Below are positions 38,945 to 48,457 of a DNA stretch of 64,000 nucleotides, piece by piece. Source of the stretch: Armatimonadota bacterium (GTDB lineage: Bacteria; Armatimonadota; UBA5829; JAUSEB01); contig JAUSGG010000162.1 of assembly GCA_030649165.1 (NCBI GenBank), positions 3 through 64,002 on the forward strand, written 5' to 3'. The position numbers were made by a program, and so were the translations under genes. Numbering within the stretch: the first letter of the stretch is position 1; each line of letters opens with the position of its first letter. The notes under the pieces were generated by a model. The model had not been told where the DNA came from. It saw nothing but the letters and a program-made list of their open reading frames with translations, and made no database searches.

Positions 38945-40243
38945 ATGAAGATATTCGAGACAGGCCGGGACGCCTACGAGGAGATCTGCAAGGCGCTCGG
39001 TCCTCAGGCCACAACCTTCGATCGGTCCGTCGCCGAGGCCGTGGCCGCGATAATAGCGGACGTCCGGTCTCGCGGCGACCAGGCCGTGCTGGAGTACGGG
39101 CGAAAGTTCGATAGTCCGGCGCTGGAATCCGTCGCCGTCGAGGAAGCCGAGGTCGAAGCGGCGTATCAGGAAGTCGGCGACGGTCTCCTGGCGGCGATCC
39201 GTACGGCGAAAGCCAACATCGAGGAATTCCACCGCAGGCAGTTGCGTAACTCTTGGATTGACGCCCAGGAAGGCCGTCTTCTGGGCCAGATAATCCGACC
39301 GCTGGACCGGGTCGGTGTTTACGCGCCGGGCGGCAAAGCGTCGTATCCGAGCACTGTGCTGATGAGCGTCGTGCCCGCCCGCGTCGCGGGCGTGAGCGAG
39401 ATCGCGCTGTGCGCTCCCGCGCAGGCGGATGGCCGGATGAGCTCGGCTATGCTCGTGGCGGCGCGCGAGGCCGGGGCCGGCAAAGTGTTCAAAGCCGGCG
39501 GCGCGCAGGCAATTGCCGCCATGGCTCTGGGAACGACCATCGTGCCTCGCGTGGATAAGATCGTCGGTCCCGGAAATCCGTACGTCACCGAGGCAAAGCG
39601 CCAGCTCTACGGGTTGGTCGGCATAGATATGCTGGCCGGGCCGAGCGAAGTCCTCGTGCTGACGGACGGGGCGGCCGATCCCGCGCTCGTGGCGGCGGAC
39701 CTGCTTTCGCAAGCCGAACATGCCGAAGACTCGCGCCCTATGCTGATCACGACCGAACGCGCCCTTGCGCATGAGGTCCTGAATGAGATCAAAAAGCAGA
39801 AAGCGCTGTGCAGCCGCGGCGAGATCATCGACAAGTCTCTTGGTGACTTCGGCGTTGTTGTTATCTGCAGGAACATCGACGAGGCCATCGAACTCGCAAA
39901 CTATTGCGCCCCCGAACACCTCGAACTGATGGTTTCCGACCCCTGGCAGATTTTGCCCAGGATCAGGAACGCGGGAGCGATCATGATCGGAAGCGATTCC
40001 ACCGTCTCGATCGGCGACTACATAGCCGGGCCGAGCCACACGCTGCCCACAAACGGCACGGCCAGGTTCAGCTCACCGCTCTGCGTGGATGATTTTCTGA
40101 AGAAGTCCAGCATAATCTGGTACTCGCGCGCCGCGCTCGCGGAGGCGATCAAGCATATAGAAGATTTGGCCCTGGCCGAGGGCTTCGACGCGCACGCCCG
40201 CGCGGCACGAATGAGACTCTCAACTGGAAAAGAGGCGACTTAA
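38945..40243 (+). CDS. hisD: Histidinol dehydrogenase
   Basis: YAPGGKASYPS, GGAQAIAA, KIVGPGN, DMLAGPSE, SQAEH, APEHLEL and GDYIAGPSHTLPT. Confidence 0.97.
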   Translation: MKIFETGRDAYEEICKALGPQATTFDRSVAEAVAAIIADVRSRGDQAVLEYGRKFDSPALESVAVEEAEVEAAYQEVGDGLLAAIRTAKANIEEFHRRQLRNSWIDAQEGRLLGQIIRPLDRVGVYAPGGKASYPSTVLMSVVPARVAGVSEIALCAPAQADGRMSSAMLVAAREAGAGKVFKAGGAQAIAAMALGTTIVPRVDKIVGPGNPYVTEAKRQLYGLVGIDMLAGPSEVLVLTDGAADPALVAADLLSQAEHAEDSRPMLITTERALAHEVLNEIKKQKALCSRGEIIDKSLGDFGVVVICRNIDEAIELANYCAPEHLELMVSDPWQILPRIRNAGAIMIGSDSTVSIGDYIAGPSHTLPTNGTARFSSPLCVDDFLKKSSIIWYSRAALAEAIKHIEDLALAEGFDAHARAARMRLSTGKEAT

Positions 40244-40831
40244 GTGGCAAGAGTAGCTGAGGTACAAAGAAAAACCGCGGAGACCGACATCCGCGTCCGG
40301 GTCGATCTGGACGGCTCCGGTGAAGGCTCGATCTCGACGGGCGTTGGCTTCTTCGATCACATGCTCCAGCAGTTGGCAAAACACAGCCTGATGGACGTGC
40401 AAATCGAGGCGAAGGGCGACCTGCACATCGATCCTCACCACACGGTCGAGGACGTGGGGATTTGCCTCGGCTCGGCCATCAAGCAGGCGCTGGGGAAAAA
40501 GGAAGGCATCAGACGCTTCGCCTCCAAGACCGTCCCAATGGACGAAGCCCTCGTGCTGACCTCGATAGACGTCAGCGGGCGCGGCTCTCTGACGTACGAC
40601 TTACGCATAGAGCAGGACACTATCGGCGAGATGCCGACGGACCTCGTCCTGGAGTTCTTCAAGTCGCTGGCAACCAACGCGGGCGTCACCGTGCATATCC
40701 GAAAGCTCTCCGGCGAGAACCCGCATCACACAGTAGAGGCGGCGTTCAAATCCTTCGCCCAATCGCTGCAGGAAGCGGTGTCGCTGAGCGAGCGGGTCAA
40801 AGGAACGCCATCGACAAAGGGAACGCTGTAG
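40244..40831 (+). CDS. hisB: Imidazoleglycerol-phosphate dehydratase
   Basis: FFDHML, DPHHTVED, PMDEAL, NPHHTVEA and PSTKGTL. Confidence 0.97.
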   Translation: MARVAEVQRKTAETDIRVRVDLDGSGEGSISTGVGFFDHMLQQLAKHSLMDVQIEAKGDLHIDPHHTVEDVGICLGSAIKQALGKKEGIRRFASKTVPMDEALVLTSIDVSGRGSLTYDLRIEQDTIGEMPTDLVLEFFKSLATNAGVTVHIRKLSGENPHHTVEAAFKSFAQSLQEAVSLSERVKGTPSTKGTL

Positions 40832-40953
40832 GGGGGAGTCGAAGGAGTCGAGGGGGCCGGAGTTCCCTCTCCCTATGAGGGAGAGGGTTAGGGTGAGGGT
40901 GGAACCTATTATCCAGCCATCTGCCCGGACTAACCCTCAACCAACAACCAGAC

Positions 40954-41748
40954 ATGCTCGAAATCATCCCCGCAATAGATATCAGAAACGGCCGGTGCGT
41001 GCGCCTTCCGCAGGGTCGCTTTGACCAGGAGACCGTCTACTCAGACGATCCGGTCGAAGTGGCGCGCCGCTGGGAAGCCGAAGGCGCGCCGCGATTGCAT
41101 ATAGTGGATTTGGACGGCGCCCGCGCCGGATCGCCTCAAAACCTTGCCATAGTTGAGAAGATAGCCGCGGCCATCCGCGTTCCGGTCCAACTTGGCGGCG
41201 GCATTCGTTCGCTGGAAATCGCCCGCTCGGCGCTTGACGAGGGTGTGGGGCGGGTCATCATAGGAACATCGGCGGCGCTCGACGCGGCCATCGCTGAAGA
41301 GATATTCCGCTCTTTGGGCGAGCAGGCGATCGTCGGCATAGACGCAAGAGACGGTTACGTTGCGGTGCGCGGCTGGGAGGAGATAACCACCGAGAAGGCG
41401 GTGGATTTCGCCAAACGGATGGTATCTCTGGGCGCCGTAAGGATCATCTACACCGACATTTCGCGCGACGGCATGCTGCGGGGCGTCAACCTGCCGGCGA
41501 TGGTTGAGATGACCCAGGCCGTGTCCGTCCCGGTGATCGCCTCAGGCGGAGTCACCACGGTGCAAGACATAAAGGACCTCGTCTCCGCAAACCTCCCCCG
41601 GCTGGAAGGCGTTATCACGGGCAAGGCCCTCTATACCGGCTCTCTCTCCCTGGCCGACGCCCTCGCCGCCGCGGGAAAAGGCGAGAGAAACCCCCACTCC
41701 CTTGAGGGAGAGGGCATGGGTGAGGGTGAAAGCTCTGCGAATTCCTGA
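40954..41748 (+). CDS. hisA: ProFAR isomerase
   Basis: IPAIDI, HIVDLDGA, QLGGGIR, YTDISRDG and VIASGG; the C-terminal tail is repeat-derived. Confidence 0.95.
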   Translation: MLEIIPAIDIRNGRCVRLPQGRFDQETVYSDDPVEVARRWEAEGAPRLHIVDLDGARAGSPQNLAIVEKIAAAIRVPVQLGGGIRSLEIARSALDEGVGRVIIGTSAALDAAIAEEIFRSLGEQAIVGIDARDGYVAVRGWEEITTEKAVDFAKRMVSLGAVRIIYTDISRDGMLRGVNLPAMVEMTQAVSVPVIASGGVTTVQDIKDLVSANLPRLEGVITGKALYTGSLSLADALAAAGKGERNPHSLEGEGMGEGESSANS

Positions 41749-42862
41749 CCTGTTAACGAACAACTGCATCCTGCCCTGCGCGATCTCAACAGTCATCGCC
41801 TTGCTTGCCGCGACGGCGGCGGGAGCGCCGGCCCCTGGCCGCGACAAAGAAGTCCTCGTCGGCGTCTACTACTTCGCCGGGTGGTGGAAGGAGCAGCCCA
41901 ACAATTACAACGTGAACGGTCGCGATTGGCGTAAAGACTACCCTCAAAGAGCATCTCTCCTCGGGCAGTACAACGACCAGGAAACTATGGACCGGGAGAT
42001 CGAAGCCGCGGCGGCGCACGGCGTGGATTTCTTCCAAATACTGTGGTATCACCAGGACCCCAAGCTGCCCGCCGAACCGCATCACGAGAAGCTGAACGAA
42101 GGAATCCGGCTGTTCATGAACTCTTCCGAGAATCGCGCAATGAAGTTCACCCTGGAGTTCGTGAACCATCCGCCATTTGCCATCACTTCGGACGCGGAAT
42201 GGGAATCTGCCTGCCGTTATTGGGTCCGCGTGATGAAACACCCCAGTTACCTGCGCGTGGGAGGGCGTCCGGTTTTCAAAATACACGGGCTTTGGCATTT
42301 CCTGCGGCAGAATGGCGACGATCCTGAAAAGGTGAGGAAGAGGATCGAGTCATTCCGGCGGATTGCCGCGAAAGCGGGGCTGCCCAACCCTCTCATCTCA
42401 GCCGGTGTGGGGATTGGGGATGTGCAAAAAGGGCCGCGGGCGCAGCCCTACGATTTCCTGACTACGTACATGGACATGCCAAATCTGCCGGTCAAAGCCG
42501 AGCCGTACCCCTACAGCGCCCTGATAGACCAGGCCGAAAAGGGATGGCTGCTCAACGCGGCCGAGAGTGGAAAGCCCTACGTTCCCCACGTTCCCGCCGG
42601 CTGGGACCCCCGCCCCTGGGGCGATCCCAGACCGTCTTTCACCTTTCCCACGCGGGACGAATGGCTCGACGCGCTTCGCCGGGTGAGATCGGCCTTGGAA
42701 TCGAGTGACAAGCTCGGCGCGCCATCGGGCAAACGCAAGCCGCGCAAGATGCTTCTCATCTACGCCTGGAACGAGTTCGGCGAAGGCGGCATCCTCGCCC
42801 CCACCCAGGGCGAACGCTACATGAAACTCGAAGCCATCAAAGACGTCTTCGGGCGTCGCTAA
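41727..42862 (+). CDS. Glycoside hydrolase family 99/71-like secreted protein
   Basis: VGVYYFAGW, AAAHGVDFF, GWDPRPW and IYAWNEFGEGG; start uncertain. Confidence 0.7.
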
Positions 42863-42897
42863 AGACCCCCAACCCTACAACCCTACACACCTAACCC

Positions 42898-43398
42898 TCA
42901 CCTGTATCCTTCCAGTTCCTGCTCTATGCTGACGCCGCCGTCGGCCTTCTCGTCTATACGAAGCTCGGTCATCACGCGCGCGGCGCCTTTCCTTCGGACC
43001 GCCTCGTGGGCCTGCTTCGCGACGCGAAGTACTGTATCCAGGTCGCCCTCAAGCGTGGTGCCGAGCGCGTCCACTTCGTACTTCACGCCCGACTTCCTGA
43101 CCTCATCGATCGCCGCGTCGATGAACGGCTTGATTTGTCCCTCCACCAGCGGAGTGACTGTCAGTTCGGCTACTACCATCTTCGTCTCCCCCTTGCCTAG
43201 ATTTCCCTTGCCTTCCGCCTCGTCCCAATCCGGATTGGCCGAAATCCACTCGTAAGTATCGCGTTCCAAACCCGGCAATGTGGGCAGCCGGCCTCCCGTT
43301 TCCCTAATCCTGGCCAACTCTCCCGTCGCCAGGCTTCTGTACACGCCGGCCTCGACCTCTTCCCCGCTCTGGTAGAACTCCTGAGACTCGCGAGTCAT
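42898..43398 (-). CDS. MTH1187/thiamine-binding (DUF77) family protein with an N-terminal extension
   Basis: AELTVTP, GVKYEVDALGTTLEGD, AHEAV and RVMTELRID; alternative start at MVVAEL (~43180). Confidence 0.75.
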   Translation of the reverse strand: MTRESQEFYQSGEEVEAGVYRSLATGELARIRETGGRLPTLPGLERDTYEWISANPDWDEAEGKGNLGKGETKMVVAELTVTPLVEGQIKPFIDAAIDEVRKSGVKYEVDALGTTLEGDLDTVLRVAKQAHEAVRRKGAARVMTELRIDEKADGGVSIEQELEGYR

Positions 43399-43742
43399 AA
43401 CGCCCCATCGTCCTCATCAGGTCAAACCCAATACGAATCTACCCTCCACCGACAACTGTCAACCGACGACCAACGCCGAAGCAATCCAGTTGTCCTATCC
43501 GTCCCATCCGTCCTATCCATCCGAACAGGCGCTGGGTGGCGATTTCGGAATCCCAGAACCCCGCCCCGAAGGAAACAACCTCCGCCAAGTCGAACCCCAT
43601 GCTGTCTGACATTGTTCACAGGGCATTGCGCTAGCAGTTCTGTGCAACGCCTCAGGCACGACCGGAAGGACCCTATGAGTGAACAACTCTCAAGCATCGA
43701 ATGCGGCGGGAGTCGCCTGATAGGCGAACGTAGGAGGACGCT

Positions 43743-46700
43743 TTGAGAACGGCTGGGAACCAACACACCCCGGGCCAGGGCGTGCTCCGGCTATCGCCCG
43801 TCAACAACCGGGACTTATTCGCCCACAACTATATCGACAACCGTTTGCCCGAACTGCTGGAATGGCGGAACCCGGATGGTATCGAGGAAGCCTTCCGAGC
43901 GATACTGGACATCTACAACCAGAAGGCCACGGGTCTGGCTAACGCTAATGAGGCTCAAACGGAGTTGGACTTTGTCCGTCCCGTCCTCGGCGTTCTGTGG
44001 GGAGAACAGCAAACCGGTGACTGTTACCAGGTGCAAGCTGTCATTCCCACTCTCGATGGTCGTCGCCAGCCCGACTACGCCTTCTTCCGACGCGCTGCTG
44101 ATCGGGAAGCCGCGGATACCAGACGCGGGACAATTGAGTATTGGCGCGACGCACCCTGCCTCGGCGACGCAAAGGCGTGGTCTGCCGGCCTGGACAAACA
44201 GCGCGGGGTCGACGACAACCCCTCCGCCCAGATTGCCAGTTATTTACACAAGTCTCGCGTCCGTTGGGGAATCCTCACGAACGGGCGTATTTGGCGACTA
44301 TACGAACGGGAGAAATCCGCCCCGGGTGGCATCTACTTCGAGGTCAATCTCGAAGACATCCTCCTGGCAAATGACCGGGACGGATTCAAGTGGTTCTACC
44401 TGTTTTTCCGCCGGCAGGCGTTCACTCCTGGAGCTGATGGCAAGACATTCGTCGAAGAGGTGTTCCAGGGGAGCGTCGATTATGCCACGCAGGTTGGGGA
44501 TCGACTCAAGGAATCCGTCTACGACGCCATCCGCCATTTGATCAACGGGTTCTTCGAGCGCGCCGAAAACAAACTGAATCCCCGCAATCCCGATCACCTG
44601 ACCCTCGTGCACGACAACAGCCTTATCCTACTCTACCGGCTTCTGTTCCTGTTCTACGCCGAAGACAAAGGGCTTCTGCCGCCTGGCCATCCCGTGTATC
44701 GCGACTACAGCCTCAAGCGATTGCAGAAGCTGATCAACGAAGAAATACGGGCCGGCCGCGAGCACTATTCCGGTGAACGCAGGTTCTGGCCTCAGATCAG
44801 TAACCTTTTCGAGTTGATAGACGGTGGGTTAAGCAACGGCGAGAAAACCGTCGTCCCGGCCTACAATGGCGGGCTGTTCAGTGAGGAGAAACACCCGCAT
44901 ATTGGGCACACTCCTCAACCAGGCGTCATCCGGTGGCAGATCGGCGACGATCGTCTGGCCCAGGTGATCGACACGCTCGCCTATGAACGCGAACGGTGGG
45001 ACGAACCGGGGGACAAAGACATTGACTACAACACGCTTGAGGTCCAGCACCTGGGCAGCATATACGAAGGGCTTTTGGAACTCCAGCCGCGTGTCGCGGA
45101 CGAGGCGATGGTGGAGGTATCGGCGGGCGGGAAGTCGATGTTTAAGCCCGAAAAGGAAGTTGCCGATCCCCGCCCGATTCGCGGACAACCGCGCCGCGTA
45201 GCAAGCGGCGAGGTTTACCTCGTAACCGACCGGGGCGAGCGCAAGGCCACCGGAAGCTACTACACGCCAAAGTACATCGTTGACTACATCGCCGCGAACA
45301 CGGTTGGAGAGCTTGCCGACGAAGCGGCCGGAAAGGTTGTGGAGCTTCGTTCCGAGGTGGACAAGGAGATCTTCGAACTGCGAGAACGGCGGCGGCAGTG
45401 GAAGGCGAAACCCGACGGCTACGACCCCGCCGAAGTCGCGCGGCAGATCGCCAACATCGACGGGGAGATCGAAAAGGAGAAGCTCCGCCTTCTGGAACCC
45501 TACCTTTCCCTGTCGGTCCTCGACCCGGCAATGGGCAGCGGTCACTTCCTTGTCGGCGCGGCAGACCTCCTGAGCCTGGCTATGGCGACCGACCCGAACA
45601 TCCTGCCGATGGAGGACATAGGCAACGAAGACCCCCAGGCGCACTACAAGCGGCTGGTTGTCGAACGCTGCCTGTATGGAGTGGACCTGAACCCGTTGGC
45701 GGTCGAGCTGGCAAAGCTCTCGCTCTGGTTGCACACGGTCTCAAGAGGGAAGGCTCTCTCTTTTCTTGACCACCATTTGCGCGCGGGAAACAGCCTGATT
45801 GGCGCAAACATCGAAGATGATCTTTCCAAGGAGCCGCCGTTGTTCAACGGCAAGGGCAAGCGGGTGAACGCGGAGAACCCCCAACTTGTGCTTGGCTTTG
45901 CCCAGGCCCTGCAGGGCGAGCATCTTTCCTCCCTCCTGGCCCTGCTGGACCGCATATCCCAGGTTCCCACACACGACAGAGAGGGTGAGAGGCTCAAGGA
46001 GCAACTGTACGAGGAGTTGGAGCGCAAGCGCGAGAGATTCCGCGCCGTCGCCAATTGCTGGCTTGCGCCTTTTTTCGGTTCTCCCGTGACGGCACAAGAA
46101 TACGAAAAGGCGGTCGCCGCCCTGCGAGGCTCCGACGCCGCCTGGCGCAAGCTTGCGCGCGAGCGTTGGTTCGTCGACGCCCAAAAGGTCGCAACCGCCA
46201 AACGGTTTTTCCACTGGGAGTTGGAGTTTCCGGAGGTGTTCTTTACTCCTACGGGTCTGAAGGCAAAGGAGGAGCGCGGATTCGATACGGTTGTTGGAAA
46301 TCCGCCTTACGGCGCAGGCCAGGATCGAGCTTTGCTTGCCTCGATGTATGTCGGTGCCCGTGGCAATTCGGACAACTACGCAGCGTTCATTGATCTGGCA
46401 ATTGGCAAGGCACGGGAAAGCGGTCGCGTTGGTTTGATCACCCCCCAATCCTGGCAGACGGGAGTGGGTTTCCGGGATCTCCGCGTCGCTGTGCTCGGCA
46501 ACGAGAGTGTAACCGCATTGGTGAACCTCCCGTACGACGTTTTCCCCGACGCCTATGTGGACACAAGCATTGTTGTTGTCAGGAAGGCCAAGCCAGAGTC
46601 AGGCCATTGTTTCGGCATCAAAGTCTTTGACAAGACGGCCGACTGCAGCGACCTTTCCCAAGTGACCTTACAGCCTGTGCGACAAACAGATATGGCCTCG

Positions 46701-47798
46701 CATCGAAGTGCCGTGGGCCAGGACCAGCGGGAGATATCCCTGGTTATGCGCCTCGTAGACAACGTCGAGAGTCGGCCCCTTTCGGATATTACGCGCTCGA
46801 CTCGCGGCATCCGCGCGCTTCCGTGCCAGGTATCAAGCGAATGCAAGGGAGAGACATGGAAGCCGTTTTTTCTGGGGGAAGTCGACAGGTACGCAACGGC
46901 AGGCTCTTGCCTCTTTGTCGATTTCACGGACAAGTTGCCTGAACGTCCCATAGACGCGGCGTTGTTTGAAGGAGAGCGTTTGCTGATGAGGCGACTGGTC
47001 AGCCGACAGGATCGGCTCATGGGCTGCATGGTGAGAGCCAACTTCATTGTGAAGAAGGACCTGTACGTCTTGCACGGCTGCACCGATGTGTCGTACGGTT
47101 TCCTGCTCGCCCTGCTTAACAGCCGCCTCGTGTCGTACATATACGTCCATACCGATGTGGCAGCGTTGAAAGACGACTTTCGGCAGGTCACGCTGGATGG
47201 CCTGCGAGCTCTTCCTATCCGCCGCATTGCCTTCAGCACGCCCGATGCGGAGCGGGTCGGGCTGTTGACCGATGCCAAACAGGCGTATGAGACCTACCTG
47301 ACAGTCGCCGATAGCGCGGCTGTTCTTGGGTTCGTGGAGCATCAGCTTTCGGCGGTCCCCGAACGCGCCGATGTCATCCACGACCTCCTGGCCTTCCTTG
47401 CCGAGCAGATGATTGAGATGAACAAGCAAAAGCACGCAGAGGAAGCCGGGTTCCTTGCATATCTCGAGCGGGGGATCGGCGCGAAGGCGGACGACCTGAC
47501 CAACAAGACGAAGATCAGGGACTACCACGGGCGCGACTTCGAAACGCTCCTGGACGTGCTTCGTAAGAACAGCAAGAAGCTGAAAGCAAACCCGGACGCT
47601 CGCAAGTTCCAGGAGGACCTGCGACGGGAGTTCGATTCCAGTGTGGGCAAGCTCTCGCCGCTGAAAGAGCGAATAGCCGCCACCGACCGCTTGATAGACC
47701 AGATAGTCTACAAGCTCTACGGTTTGACGGAAGAAGAGATACGAATCGTGGAGGGTGAGGCCAACGCCGACCCGACCGCCCGACAGTCGCCTTCATGA
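43743..47798 (+). CDS. Type IIG restriction-modification enzyme (Eco57I/TaqI-like fused nuclease, N6-methyltransferase and TRD)
   Basis: PD...DAK nuclease motif, GILTNG, GSYYTP, DPAMGSGHFL (motif I), FHWELEFPEVF, GNPPY (motif IV) and LLNSRL; AGGAGG RBS with TTG start. Confidence 0.9.
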   Translation: MRTAGNQHTPGQGVLRLSPVNNRDLFAHNYIDNRLPELLEWRNPDGIEEAFRAILDIYNQKATGLANANEAQTELDFVRPVLGVLWGEQQTGDCYQVQAVIPTLDGRRQPDYAFFRRAADREAADTRRGTIEYWRDAPCLGDAKAWSAGLDKQRGVDDNPSAQIASYLHKSRVRWGILTNGRIWRLYEREKSAPGGIYFEVNLEDILLANDRDGFKWFYLFFRRQAFTPGADGKTFVEEVFQGSVDYATQVGDRLKESVYDAIRHLINGFFERAENKLNPRNPDHLTLVHDNSLILLYRLLFLFYAEDKGLLPPGHPVYRDYSLKRLQKLINEEIRAGREHYSGERRFWPQISNLFELIDGGLSNGEKTVVPAYNGGLFSEEKHPHIGHTPQPGVIRWQIGDDRLAQVIDTLAYERERWDEPGDKDIDYNTLEVQHLGSIYEGLLELQPRVADEAMVEVSAGGKSMFKPEKEVADPRPIRGQPRRVASGEVYLVTDRGERKATGSYYTPKYIVDYIAANTVGELADEAAGKVVELRSEVDKEIFELRERRRQWKAKPDGYDPAEVARQIANIDGEIEKEKLRLLEPYLSLSVLDPAMGSGHFLVGAADLLSLAMATDPNILPMEDIGNEDPQAHYKRLVVERCLYGVDLNPLAVELAKLSLWLHTVSRGKALSFLDHHLRAGNSLIGANIEDDLSKEPPLFNGKGKRVNAENPQLVLGFAQALQGEHLSSLLALLDRISQVPTHDREGERLKEQLYEELERKRERFRAVANCWLAPFFGSPVTAQEYEKAVAALRGSDAAWRKLARERWFVDAQKVATAKRFFHWELEFPEVFFTPTGLKAKEERGFDTVVGNPPYGAGQDRALLASMYVGARGNSDNYAAFIDLAIGKARESGRVGLITPQSWQTGVGFRDLRVAVLGNESVTALVNLPYDVFPDAYVDTSIVVVRKAKPESGHCFGIKVFDKTADCSDLSQVTLQPVRQTDMASHRSAVGQDQREISLVMRLVDNVESRPLSDITRSTRGIRALPCQVSSECKGETWKPFFLGEVDRYATAGSCLFVDFTDKLPERPIDAALFEGERLLMRRLVSRQDRLMGCMVRANFIVKKDLYVLHGCTDVSYGFLLALLNSRLVSYIYVHTDVAALKDDFRQVTLDGLRALPIRRIAFSTPDAERVGLLTDAKQAYETYLTVADSAAVLGFVEHQLSAVPERADVIHDLLAFLAEQMIEMNKQKHAEEAGFLAYLERGIGAKADDLTNKTKIRDYHGRDFETLLDVLRKNSKKLKANPDARKFQEDLRREFDSSVGKLSPLKERIAATDRLIDQIVYKLYGLTEEEIRIVEGEANADPTARQSPS

Positions 47799-47876
47799 TC
47801 AAACACCAGCAACCTCCCATCTTCCTTCACGCTCCACTCCCTCCACTCTCCCCTCTCCACTCTGCTATAATTGCTC

Positions 47877-48170
47877 ATGATGAACAACGTATTGCGCGAC
47901 CTCGACGCCGTCCTGTTCGACCTTGACGGCACGCTCGTGGAGACGAATATCGACTTTGCCCTTATGCGGGAGGAGATGCTGGCCGTGGCCGGCGAGTTCG
48001 GCGTGGCCCCCGAGTCCGCGCGGGCGATGGACATTCTGGCCATAGTCGAATACGTCTGCGACACTCTCAACGTCCGCGGACTGACCGAACGCGCGGATGA
48101 GGCGCGGCGCGAGGCTATGCGCAGGCTTGAGTGGCCCTACCATCCTCATAGTTCCAATGAAGTACGTTAG
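47877..48170 (+). pseudogene. Truncated HAD-family hydrolase
   Basis: Motif I FDLDGTL and cap helices only; motifs II-IV are absent after ~48130; TGCTATAAT directly upstream. Confidence 0.7.
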
Positions 48171-48457
48171 GGATTCCGATCTCTCGGGATACCCCGAATG
48201 CAAAGACTTGATGGGACATGAGGAACTCCCGGTAGGGGCTACCACCCATCTCTGGAATGTCTTGGCTGTAAGGCAAAACAATATACTTGAACGCAGATGA
48301 GAATGGAGCAGAGGGATCGGGGCAAGTCTCACCTATCCCGCCTCCTAAAAGGAGGGGGAACTCCCTCTCCTTTTAGGAGAGGGCTGGGGTGAGGTCCGCT
48401 TTGTGATCGACTTTATCCGATGTCTGCTAGCCACTAATCGCTAACCACTTTCCGCGT

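Noticed and set aside
43675-43746. 23-aa upstream ORF overlapping the RM start
   Set aside because: Too short, with no motif or other support, and could be chance.
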